Source: a virus (lineage: Duplodnaviria > Caudoviricetes). Taken from it: a stretch of 64,000 bases of DNA. The stretch's first letter is position 1; each line of letters opens with the position of its first letter. Location of the stretch: IMG/VR virus record IMGVR_UViG_3300009108_000480; one strand, written 5' to 3'. The notes below the pieces were generated by a model. That model was not told the origin of the DNA, did no database searches, and worked only from the letters and a program-made list of their open reading frames with translations. The translations under genes and the position numbers were made by a program. This document shows, in pieces, positions 55,284 through 64,000 of the stretch.

Positions 55284-58200
55284 TTATTCAGGTGCATTTG
55301 TTGGTTCTCCTGCTATGAAATTAGCCTGTTGAGTTGTAGAAGCCTGCAATCCTTGTCCATTTGACGGATTACCGTCTGCCCCTGTATACCAGACCTGTCC
55401 TTTCTTATGTAATATTTTAACTTGCGTTCCATCTGCTGGTGGAGAACTTAATATTATTCCAGCATTACAAGTATATTCATTAATGTCATCTCCGGTAAAC
55501 CCGCAAACAAACAGTTGGCTACCGTCATTGTTAAAACAGAAGCCTCTTGGGTTTGCTTCTTCAGTAAGTGTACTAAAAGACGTATTTTCGTAAGATGCTG
55601 TTGAAATATCAAATGCTGTTATTAATGTATATTGAAATATTGTTGGAGCACCAGTTCCATTTAAAACATACATTTTAGTTCCAGTATTATTAAATTGTAC
55701 TGCTGATGGTTTTCCGGCTTGAGCACTGACACTGAAATTTTGAGAATATGTTGCTGTCGAAACATCAAAACCTGTACTTAATGTATATTCATTTATATCA
55801 TCACCTGCCCAACCAGTAACAAACATCTTAGTTCCGTCATTATTAAATGCTAGACCATACGGTAGAAGTTCTTGAGACGCTACACTAAAACTATGTGTAA
55901 AGGAAGCCGTTGAAAGATCGAAGCTTGTACTTAATGCATATTCATCAACTTTATCTTGTCCTTGACCTAACACAAACAGTTTTGTTCCGTCTGTATTAAA
56001 TTCTATACTATTGGCCGCATCATCTCCTTGCGTAGCAGATACAACACCAATATCTAAAAGACGAACATAAGTTATTGTTGAAACGTCAAAGGCCGTTGAT
56101 GCTGAATATTCATAAACACTATCGTTTGCTCTACCTAACATAAACATTTTAGTTCCGTCATTGTTCCACTTAACATCTCTTACATCGTTATCAGTAGAAT
56201 TTAAAGAAGTTGAGGCTCTAACAAAAGTTGCTGATGAAATATTTGTAAATCCACCTATTGAATAGTTAATAGTTGAGCCGTCCTCGCTAGTCAACAACAA
56301 TCGTTGGCCACCAATGAATATGTCTAATTGACTAGCTGAGGTTAAGGCTTGTGTTGTCGTAAAACCGACTGTACTACCGTCACCTGTGTGGGTATCAGTA
56401 TATACTGTGTCAGCATAAGGGATAGTTTGAATTCCAGAGGCGTCTACGACTTCCACTCCTGAACTATGCTCCTTAATTCCTGTTCCTAAAGTACCTCTTC
56501 TTAATTGAGATAATGTATCTCCATTTTTAACAAAGTATTCTATTCTTTCTTTGTCAACAAAGATAACTCCTGGCGTTGTTCCAGTTACTTCAGGTAATTT
56601 TGTTCCATCTTTAACTTGAATAGTTGATGATTCTGGTGTGATATCATTTGCTATTTCAGTTGTACTTGTTTTTGAAATACGTTTATAGAATGTTCTATTC
56701 AACATATCTTTAAATATTCTAAATCCTGTTGCTCCAACAGCCGATCCTAATGCAAAATATAATACATCTAATCTATCAGATGCTGTTATTGTTTTGCCTA
56801 CTACTGTAACTATATTTCCTGTTAATGTATAATCATGATCTTTTATTAATTGTGTTCCATTTAACCAAACAGTTGTATATCCAGCATTTAATGGATCAAA
56901 TCTTAATGCAAATATTCCAGTTGATCTTCCTTCTAAAACTTCTCTTCTTAGTTTTGTACCAAGTGCATTATTAAATGTTGTAACTGTTATAACATCACTT
57001 GATGACAAACTGTAAGGACTTGTTATTCTACTTGGAATTAAAATTATATCATTTCCTTCATTGTAATAATGATTATCAACTAATGTTGATATTGCAATTA
57101 CATCTGTTACTGTTGGTGCTGTTACCATTGAAATTGTTTGTGCACCAATGTTAACTGTGTAATCAGTGTTTAATAATTTTTGTACTCCATTTACAAATAC
57201 TTGTACATCTGATTCAGCTGAAATTGTTTTTGACGGATCAACTGTTGAATCATCTTCTAAACCTGTTACTACACCGTAGTTGTATGTACTACCGTCACCT
57301 AAATAATATGTATTGTCGGGACCTCTTAACATTTTTCCATTAACTTCAACTAGTGTTAATCCTGAATATGGACCAATTGCTCCTGGTGGATATGTTAAAG
57401 TATGCCTAGTTGTTGATCCATCATATGTAATTGTACCTGACATAATTTGAGCATACGCTCTTGTTGCTGATGTTTGATTAAATCCTGCAACTTGAACATA
57501 AGCATTTGCCGCCGGAGCAGAATCAAATGTAACAATAATTGATTTTGCTAATGATGTTGTTGTGTATGCTGTTGTTGGTACACCATTAATTGTAATATAA
57601 ATTTGTGAATTACTAGAATCTAAATTAAAGTTTTCTCTTGTTGATGTTGTGTATGCAACTGTACTACCATCTCCTGTGTACGTATCTAATACTCTATAAT
57701 TTTCTCCTGATATTGCAAACGTCCTAATTGAAATAATAGAATTATTTGCTGGTGCTGAACCAAATGTAACTGTTTTATTTGCTACATTAATTGTATAATC
57801 TGTTGTAATTTTTTTAGTTACTCCATCAACTGATACAATAACTGATGCTAATGTTCCTGGATACTCTCCTGTTGAAAACGCTGTTGTTGATCCGTTACCT
57901 GTATAATTTTTTGTTGTAATAAATGGCGCACCTGATTCTGGTGATGTATAAACTTTTATATCTACTGTATCAAACATTTGTCCAGGTACTGCTTCTTCTG
58001 GAGCATAACTTGTATCTGGTGAAACAAATTCATCTCCTTCTAATAAAATATCTGATGGTGATGTACCTAATGCTGAATTAAACAATCCACCTTTAACAAT
58101 TGAATCTAATGTTCTATCATCAGTTGGTGTTAATACACCATCGTCATCAAATAGTATAAATTTAATCACAGCTCCGTCGGCTGGAGCAGAACTTAATGTA

Positions 58201-61200
58201 AATGTTGTTGTTGACCCATCCCCTCTGAAAACATCTGTTGTTAATGTTCCTGCAACATATATTTGATAAACTTCAGTTGTTGCTGGTGCTGTTGTAAATG
58301 TAAATGCAACTGTACTACCATCTCCATAAAATGTTTTAATTTTTGATGTACCATAATGATCCCACGCATAATCATACCAACCCGATTTATCCCATCCTTG
58401 ACCTTGTGTAAACAATAAGCCTGTAACCATTGTGCCACCATAATCTACTCCAGTCATTAATTGTGATAATTCATTTCCTGGCATTCCTGACGCTGGTGTA
58501 TAAAACCCTTTTGTTCTATCCGCCGCACTTAATCCTGTTTCGTCTCCATATACTTTGTATACATTTCCATCGTTGTCATCAAAATCTGTTGTTGCAGTAA
58601 AAGCCGATGTTGCTTTATACAATTGATTTTTATATCTAATTAAATCTCCATATGCATAACTGGATAATGCTGTCCAATCTTGTACTCGTGATGTAGATGA
58701 TATTCTATCAAATTTAACTGTTGTACTAAAATCTCTTACAAGATCATTTCCTAAATTTGCATATGCTTTAGCTTGATCTGTAGGATTTGTACCATCCACT
58801 AAACCACCTGAAATTATTACTGTTGGTGTTGATGTATAATTTGCTCCAATTCCGGTTACTGTAATTGCTGACACCGACCCATTCTTAACAATTGCCGTGG
58901 CAGTTGCCGCAGTTGTGTCGGGTGTTGTATACATTTTATACGTTGCTGATTTTATTAATTGTGCATATGTTACATACGAAGTTGGTTGATAAAACGTGCC
59001 CGAATAACTGTCAAATGTAAATTGTCTTGACGTTCCTGTTCCACCATTTTGTGTATCAGCAATATTAGATTGTAATTCTGTTGTATAAAGTGGATAATAA
59101 TATCCCAATGATCCTGCACTTGCACCTGATGCCGCTGTATCATAAATTTGGAACGGTCCTGTACTGCCTGTGGTTCCACCTAATATTGTTACTGTTGGAA
59201 CTGCTGTATATCCTGAACCTCCGTTAGTTACAGTAATTGAAGCAACGTGTTTTTTATAATATTCACTCCAAAATTTATGAGGATATTCAGTTTGTTTAGT
59301 AGCATCACCTAGTACATTTAAATTTCTTATTGTTCCGGTTGTTGCATCATAAAAAGGAGGATTATCAAAATCAGTATTAATTCCATCTTCAGTATCTGTA
59401 CCTGTATAACCTAATTTGTATTCTCTCAATTTTGTATGGAAAGGTTTAACTTCATTTATATAAGATTCAATCCAAGCATCTGTTCCTGTTGTATAAGTTT
59501 TTCGTTGATCTAAAGTTCTTACAGAATTTCTTGCATTAATAAAAGATGTTTTAAACATCCAATCTACATAAGTTTGTTCTGACAATACTCGTTTTAATCC
59601 AATAAAAAATAATGTATTGTATTCTACTGCTAATTCATTTATAAACAAATCATCTCTTAATGCTGTTAATATTTTTCTAGTTTCTATTGCAGGTTCTTGA
59701 TCAAAGAAGTTATCATCAAAATTATCTGCATCTGCAAATCCTGTTGCATCTTGCGTATAATCATAAAGTTTTGTTGATAATCTAAGTGTACCATTTTCTG
59801 TTGCAACATTTTCCCACCCAGTACTGGTTTTCATGAATATTTTCCAACCACCGGTATCTGCGGATGTAACTTTTACGTGTTTACCTGTTGCTAAAGTTAA
59901 TGCGTCTAATTCATATTGATACGTTACTTGCTTATCTATTGATGTATTTTCATCATGAACCATAGTGCCTGTCGTTTTATACCAATCAATGTAAGACCAA
60001 TAATTTTTTGTATTAAATGTTTGTACTTTGGTTCGTGACCATGTTGATCCATCCCATTTATATATTGACCAATAGCCATTTACTGTTTCGTCTGCTTCAA
60101 CAAGATAATTTAAAGTACCACTTAAATCTCTTGTATCAATATATGTTAGTTCAGCATATGTGGCAACTTTAGCGTCCCATTCTAAACTTTCAGCTGTTGG
60201 TTCTGGATCTTCTGAATTTAAATTATCTAAATTTATTGTTCCCGAAAGTTCATTAACTTTTAAAATTGAATTAGCATAATCTATTATTTCTTTTAATGCA
60301 TTAAATCTATTAACATACCAAGATTGTCGTGGTCTTATATTATTTCCATATTTTTCATTTACAGGTAAATTTATATCCGGTACAATATCTCCTATTAAAT
60401 TTGAACCTATTAATGAATCCCACCAACGTGTTTCTATTTGTGTTCCTGGACGATAAAATTTATCTCCTTCACGTACTAATTTCCATATTGAATGTGCTCC
60501 TCCTTCAAATGTATTTGTTCTTGTGTCAACATTTAAAATAACTTCATCATTTGAAAGATCTTGTTTTGCACCAAATACTAACATTTTGTTTACATCAGTA
60601 ATTGAATAATGTCTAATATCTGAATTTAAAGGATTCAAAATTATATTGCTTATATAAGAAGCAGTATTTTTTCTTACAACTACTGAATTTGTTGGCATTG
60701 ATTGTTTATTTCTTACCCAATAATAATAATAATTTACAAAACCATCGAGTGCTGAATTATATATTTGTTTAACGGTGTAATGTGAATTGTCTGGATGTAA
60801 CGGTATTCCTGATATACCTTGTGAGGATCCTGGTGTTGTTCCTGCTAAATCATTCCACTCATGTGGCAACATTGTTGATTCGGTCCATTCATAAATGTCA
60901 ATCGAAGATCCCGGAAATACTTTACCCCAGTTATTAATTTTAAATTCTTGATCTCCTTGTTCATACCATAACCATTTAACTTTAGATAAATCCCACCATA
61001 TTTCTCCAATATGGTCTTCGGCCCATGCAACTTTTTCTTTAGGATTTGTACCAGCATTATATGACGCTGGATCCCAAGTAGTTTTAATATTAATTTCTCT
61101 ATCTGCTATTCCTAAAATTCTTCCTTTAACTGGATCATATAAATCAAAATAATTTAAAATTTGTTTACTATTTTTATTAAAATGAAAAACCTGTCCTAAT

Positions 61201-64000
61201 TTATTAATGTCTATTAATGCAGTTTCTGATGAAATTTCTTTCCAAGCGTATGTGTCATTAGTTGTTAAGTCAAAACAAGTAACTGTTCCGTCATTACTAA
61301 CCATTGAACTTCCGTCTGCAGATGTGTTACCTTCATCTTCTGGTGCACCAACAAAAACTGTTTGATCAATAACACAAACACCTCTACCAAAATCATCATT
61401 TGCTGATACACTTGTTGTAACTAATATATCATCTATTACAAATTTTGTATTATACATAGTAGCGGTATATGCCGCACCTGATCCTAAATTTTCATCAATA
61501 AATCTTGTATCTTGTAAATCAAATGTTGTTTCTCCCAAATCAAATTTTTGTTCTCTATGATTTGACATTTTTTCTGCACCAATTACTAATCTTGTTCCTG
61601 TATCGTTTATATCTACTGTACTACCAAATTTTGAATTAGTTTGTTCGTCTGGTGCTTTTATAGTTTGTTGCAAAGTATATGTGTTTGTAGATCCGTCTGC
61701 ATTCCATTTATAATAATAGATAGCACCTACATCTGCTTGGCTACTATCATCAAATCCTGGAGCACCAACTACTAAAACTGTGCCATCTTTAGTCATTGTT
61801 AATGACTCTCCAAATTGAGTATTCAACGAAGAACCGTCTGCTGTTGTACCTGTCAATGTTTGTGCAAGAGCAAATGAATGACTTGTACTATCATCACTTG
61901 ATTGTGATATTCTTGTATAAATTTCTACTTTTCCTGCCTGCCCTGGTGCTTTAGAACTAACAGCAAGTATATCACCATTATCATTTGCTTGTAGTCGATG
62001 ACCAAATCTTTTATTCTCACCTGGGTCAGAAGATGTTATTGTTAAATTTTGTGTCCATGTATCATATGTTGATAAATCTTCTCCTATACCCCATTCATAC
62101 ATATAAACTGCACCTGCATTTGTACCTACTCCTGGTGCTGAAACAAATAGATATTTTACTGGTGTGCTTCTTACTGAACTTGCTCCTGGTTCACAAATTT
62201 TATGTGCCCAGCCAAAGTTTTGCGATGCCGCATCAGTTGGTGGTAATTTTGTAACTAATGGATCATATTTGAAGGTTGATGTATTCCATAAAAATATTTT
62301 AATTAAACCTGCATCTGAAAATCTTGTACTTCCGTCTGAACCAAGAGAATTGGCATAAGGTCCACCTGCTACAACAAAGTTTTCGTCGGTACTCATTGAT
62401 AATGAACTACCTAATCTACTTGTATTATCACTACCAGAAGTTGTTGTTACAGCTGATTGTGTTAAAAATGTTGTTCCTGCTGTACTTTCTCTTCTAAATA
62501 AAAAGTGTACTGTACCTTGGCCTTTTGTTGGCGATGATATAATAACTGATCGACCATCATTCCTTGCTACTATTTGATATCCAAAATCTTGTTCTGCTGT
62601 TGTGTCTGGTGAAAGCATTCTAATTTGCGTGTATGGATCTTGCTTTTCATAAACACGCCACAATCCAGATGCATCTGCATCTGCAAAAACTTTATCACCT
62701 TCTTTTGATATACTATCATTTAAATCATTATAAACATTATAAGATAACACATCATTAACATTGTCCATTGATGCTAATCTTACAGATATAAATTTGTAAA
62801 TATTACCATATGAATCTGCTGTTGACCCATCTTCTAATGGTGTGAAGGTTGAAATTTCAGAAATAGTGTCTGTATAATCTACAATCACAGTTTTATGAGT
62901 TGGTGCCGACTGAACAGTATAAACTCCATTTAATTCTACAGTTTTAGAATTTGTTATTGCAAAATAATCTGCCATTGTTGTTGAACTGCCTGCTACTAGA
63001 TCATGTGAACTGGTAAATGTAATTTCTAATTGTGTATTACCATTAATTGGTTTTAATTGTGCAATTTTATATCCTGACAACGTTAAACGAAATACGTCCC
63101 AATCGTTATTAGTTTTATTTGCTACCCAAATTAAATCATTTGAGCTAGTTAAGGTAAGATCCAACTCTAAAAGATCTTCTATGTTATATGCTGTACGTTG
63201 TACTTGATTTAATTGTGGATAACCTGCATTTGGAAGAACTTGTACTGTATCTCTATCTACCCCTTCTGTAGCATAACTATATCTTGAAAACGTTGTACTG
63301 GCTATATATTCAACTGGCTTACTATATAAATTATTTTTATCAACATAAACAGATCTAGCATACTGTTGTGTCTCATTTGACGTATCAAATAATTCAATAC
63401 TTTGTGAATTCGCTGTAAACTCGTCATCATCTAACACAATTTGAATACTTTCTTTTAAATCTGTGTTTCCAATTTTACCTGTACGAATCATCCATTCTGG
63501 ATATAAATCTAAAGATATATTTTGTCCTTCGTATTTTGCTTTTAATAACTTATCAATAGCATTTTGCGTACCTTTTTCTTGAATATATCCTTGATAAAAT
63601 TTATATTGTGAAATATCATTAACAAAAAGATTTTCTAAGTAATCTCTTGATTGGTATCCAATTAAATGTTGTGCCAATCCTTGCTGTGATTCATCAAAAT
63701 TATTTGATTCTAAACTATAAAAATCATTAAACCGTGAAATTTTATAATCAAAATTTGGAATTAATTGTAATTTAGGCTTTTCCGATTTTTGTATCCAACT
63801 TTCATTAACAAAAGTCGTGCTTGAATTATGATTTATTTTTGCAACATAAAATTTTCCTTGATACTCTACTGTGTCACCAATTTTATAATCTGTATTTTTT
63901 AACCAATATGTTACCTGTGCCGCATCAAACATAAACCCTGGAGCATGATAATCACCAGTCCAGTTGCTTGTTTTCCATCCTACTAATTTTAATCTTGCTT
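55284..64000 (-). CDS. Giant baseplate wedge/hub-type structural protein (>2,900 aa, 5'-truncated by window)
   Basis: Frame stays open to the window edge (...ARLKLVGWKTSNWTGDYHAPGF-MFDAA). Contains FG-GAP-like propeller repeats (about 61250-62650), 'VKPFHTKLR', GDGST repeats and a second repeat module near the C-terminus. Confidence 0.8.
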   Translation of the reverse strand, partial: ARLKLVGWKTSNWTGDYHAPGFMFDAAQVTYWLKNTDYKIGDTVEYQGKFYVAKINHNSSTTFVNESWIQKSEKPKLQLIPNFDYKISRFNDFYSLESNNFDESQQGLAQHLIGYQSRDYLENLFVNDISQYKFYQGYIQEKGTQNAIDKLLKAKYEGQNISLDLYPEWMIRTGKIGNTDLKESIQIVLDDDEFTANSQSIELFDTSNETQQYARSVYVDKNNLYSKPVEYIASTTFSRYSYATEGVDRDTVQVLPNAGYPQLNQVQRTAYNIEDLLELDLTLTSSNDLIWVANKTNNDWDVFRLTLSGYKIAQLKPINGNTQLEITFTSSHDLVAGSSTTMADYFAITNSKTVELNGVYTVQSAPTHKTVIVDYTDTISEISTFTPLEDGSTADSYGNIYKFISVRLASMDNVNDVLSYNVYNDLNDSISKEGDKVFADADASGLWRVYEKQDPYTQIRMLSPDTTAEQDFGYQIVARNDGRSVIISSPTKGQGTVHFLFRRESTAGTTFLTQSAVTTTSGSDNTSRLGSSLSMSTDENFVVAGGPYANSLGSDGSTRFSDAGLIKIFLWNTSTFKYDPLVTKLPPTDAASQNFGWAHKICEPGASSVRSTPVKYLFVSAPGVGTNAGAVYMYEWGIGEDLSTYDTWTQNLTITSSDPGENKRFGHRLQANDNGDILAVSSKAPGQAGKVEIYTRISQSSDDSTSHSFALAQTLTGTTADGSSLNTQFGESLTMTKDGTVLVVGAPGFDDSSQADVGAIYYYKWNADGSTNTYTLQQTIKAPDEQTNSKFGSTVDINDTGTRLVIGAEKMSNHREQKFDLGETTFDLQDTRFIDENLGSGAAYTATMYNTKFVIDDILVTTSVSANDDFGRGVCVIDQTVFVGAPEDEGNTSADGSSMVSNDGTVTCFDLTTNDTYAWKEISSETALIDINKLGQVFHFNKNSKQILNYFDLYDPVKGRILGIADREINIKTTWDPASYNAGTNPKEKVAWAEDHIGEIWWDLSKVKWLWYEQGDQEFKINNWGKVFPGSSIDIYEWTESTMLPHEWNDLAGTTPGSSQGISGIPLHPDNSHYTVKQIYNSALDGFVNYYYYWVRNKQSMPTNSVVVRKNTASYISNIILNPLNSDIRHYSITDVNKMLVFGAKQDLSNDEVILNVDTRTNTFEGGAHSIWKLVREGDKFYRPGTQIETRWWDSLIGSNLIGDIVPDINLPVNEKYGNNIRPRQSWYVNRFNALKEIIDYANSILKVNELSGTINLDNLNSEDPEPTAESLEWDAKVATYAELTYIDTRDLSGTLNYLVEADETVNGYWSIYKWDGSTWSRTKVQTFNTKNYWSYIDWYKTTGTMVHDENTSIDKQVTYQYELDALTLATGKHVKVTSADTGGWKIFMKTSTGWENVATENGTLRLSTKLYDYTQDATGFADADNFDDNFFDQEPAIETRKILTALRDDLFINELAVEYNTLFFIGLKRVLSEQTYVDWMFKTSFINARNSVRTLDQRKTYTTGTDAWIESYINEVKPFHTKLREYKLGYTGTDTEDGINTDFDNPPFYDATTGTIRNLNVLGDATKQTEYPHKFWSEYYKKHVASITVTNGGSGYTAVPTVTILGGTTGSTGPFQIYDTAASGASAGSLGYYYPLYTTELQSNIADTQNGGTGTSRQFTFDSYSGTFYQPTSYVTYAQLIKSATYKMYTTPDTTAATATAIVKNGSVSAITVTGIGANYTSTPTVIISGGLVDGTNPTDQAKAYANLGNDLVRDFSTTVKFDRISSTSRVQDWTALSSYAYGDLIRYKNQLYKATSAFTATTDFDDNDGNVYKVYGDETGLSAADRTKGFYTPASGMPGNELSQLMTGVDYGGTMVTGLLFTQGQGWDKSGWYDYAWDHYGTSKIKTFYGDGSTVAFTFTTAPATTEVYQIYVAGTLTTDVFRGDGSTTTFTLSSAPADGAVIKFILFDDDGVLTPTDDRTLDSIVKGGLFNSALGTSPSDILLEGDEFVSPDTSYAPEEAVPGQMFDTVDIKVYTSPESGAPFITTKNYTGNGSTTAFSTGEYPGTLASVIVSVDGVTKKITTDYTINVANKTVTFGSAPANNSIISIRTFAISGENYRVLDTYTGDGSTVAYTTSTRENFNLDSSNSQIYITINGVPTTAYTTTSLAKSIIVTFDSAPAANAYVQVAGFNQTSATRAYAQIMSGTITYDGSTTRHTLTYPPGAIGPYSGLTLVEVNGKMLRGPDNTYYLGDGSTYNYGVVTGLEDDSTVDPSKTISAESDVQVFVNGVQKLLNTDYTVNIGAQTISMVTAPTVTDVIAISTLVDNHYYNEGNDIILIPSRITSPYSLSSSDVITVTTFNNALGTKLRREVLEGRSTGIFALRFDPLNAGYTTVWLNGTQLIKDHDYTLTGNIVTVVGKTITASDRLDVLYFALGSAVGATGFRIFKDMLNRTFYKRISKTSTTEIANDITPESSTIQVKDGTKLPEVTGTTPGVIFVDKERIEYFVKNGDTLSQLRRGTLGTGIKEHSSGVEVVDASGIQTIPYADTVYTDTHTGDGSTVGFTTTQALTSASQLDIFIGGQRLLLTSEDGSTINYSIGGFTNISSATFVRASTSLNSTDNDVRDVKWNNDGTKMFMLGRANDSVYEYSASTAFDVSTITYVRLLDIGVVSATQGDDAANSIEFNTDGTKLFVLGQGQDKVDEYALSTSFDLSTASFTHSFSVASQELLPYGLAFNNDGTKMFVTGWAGDDINEYTLSTGFDVSTATYSQNFSVSAQAGKPSAVQFNNTGTKMYVLNGTGAPTIFQYTLITAFDISTASYENTSFSTLTEEANPRGFCFNNDGSQLFVCGFTGDDINEYTCNAGIILSSPPADGTQVKILHKKGQVWYTGADGNPSNGQGLQASTTQQANFIAGEPTNAPE
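55465..56250 (-). repeat. Five ~50-aa beta-propeller-blade repeats inside the giant protein
   Basis: KWNNDGTKMFMLG, EFNTDGTKLFVLG, AFNNDGTKMFVTG, QFNNTGTKMYVLN, CFNNDGSQLFVCG. Each is followed by EY/QY and four of the five end in FD.ST. Confidence 0.85.

Noticed and set aside
83-62358. The many 60-160-aa opposite-strand or off-frame ORFs in the track (e.g. 83..571, 11262..11597, 32164..32562, 51757..52098)
   Set aside because: They lie wholly inside well-supported genes and have no SD, promoter or motif. They are shadow ORFs.
63930-63932. ATG 63932 as start of the giant protein
   Set aside because: The frame is open to the window edge, so the true start lies outside.
1-64000. CRISPR array, tRNA/rRNA, transposase, reverse transcriptase/DGR
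   Set aside because: Intergenic gaps are all under about 100 nt, and I saw no spaced repeats, cloverleaf, or RT/transposase motifs.
1-64000. Stop-codon reassignment as in some large phages
   Set aside because: Genes are full length in the standard code and end in TAA, TGA or TAG at sensible positions.

Overview
A 64-kb slice of a large, AT-rich tailed dsDNA phage genome. It has T4-superfamily-type replication genes and giant baseplate/tail genes. A marine alphaproteobacterial (SAR11-like) host is plausible but is inference only. The + strand (1-29.5 kb) carries the end of a family-B DNA polymerase and a sliding clamp, then a dispersed 7-deazaguanine pathway: TGT/DpdA-family transglycosylase, QueD-like T-fold protein with an LxxxHRHxF motif, FolE, QueE with an unusual Cys spacing, and a YhhQ transporter. 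No QueC and no canonical QueD are in the window. The pathway is interleaved with a GT-B glycosyltransferase, GalE, GMP reductase, an oxygenase and a cupin, followed by RNase H, a MoxR-AAA/vWA pair and conserved hypotheticals. The - strand (64-29.5 kb) carries a >2,900-aa baseplate-type protein, three paralogous fibre-like proteins and a Gly-rich protein with a Hint domain. These run into a ~17-kb tailoring cluster of glycosyltransferases, five N-terminal-twitch radical SAM enzymes, SGNH-like proteins, an APS-kinase-like protein, a carbamoyltransferase and two PLP enzymes. Two more twitch radical SAM genes sit on the + strand, seven in total. The two best candidates for an undescribed system are (i) a deazaguanine DNA base further decorated by a sugar or other group and (ii) a late-expressed, radical-SAM-rich tailoring system, probably for virion glycans or proteins. 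Many genes have sigma70-type or TAAATA late-type promoter boxes only 5-7 nt before the ATG, implying leaderless mRNAs. I found no tRNA, rRNA, CRISPR array or transposase. All family assignments come from motif recognition by eye; no searches were run.
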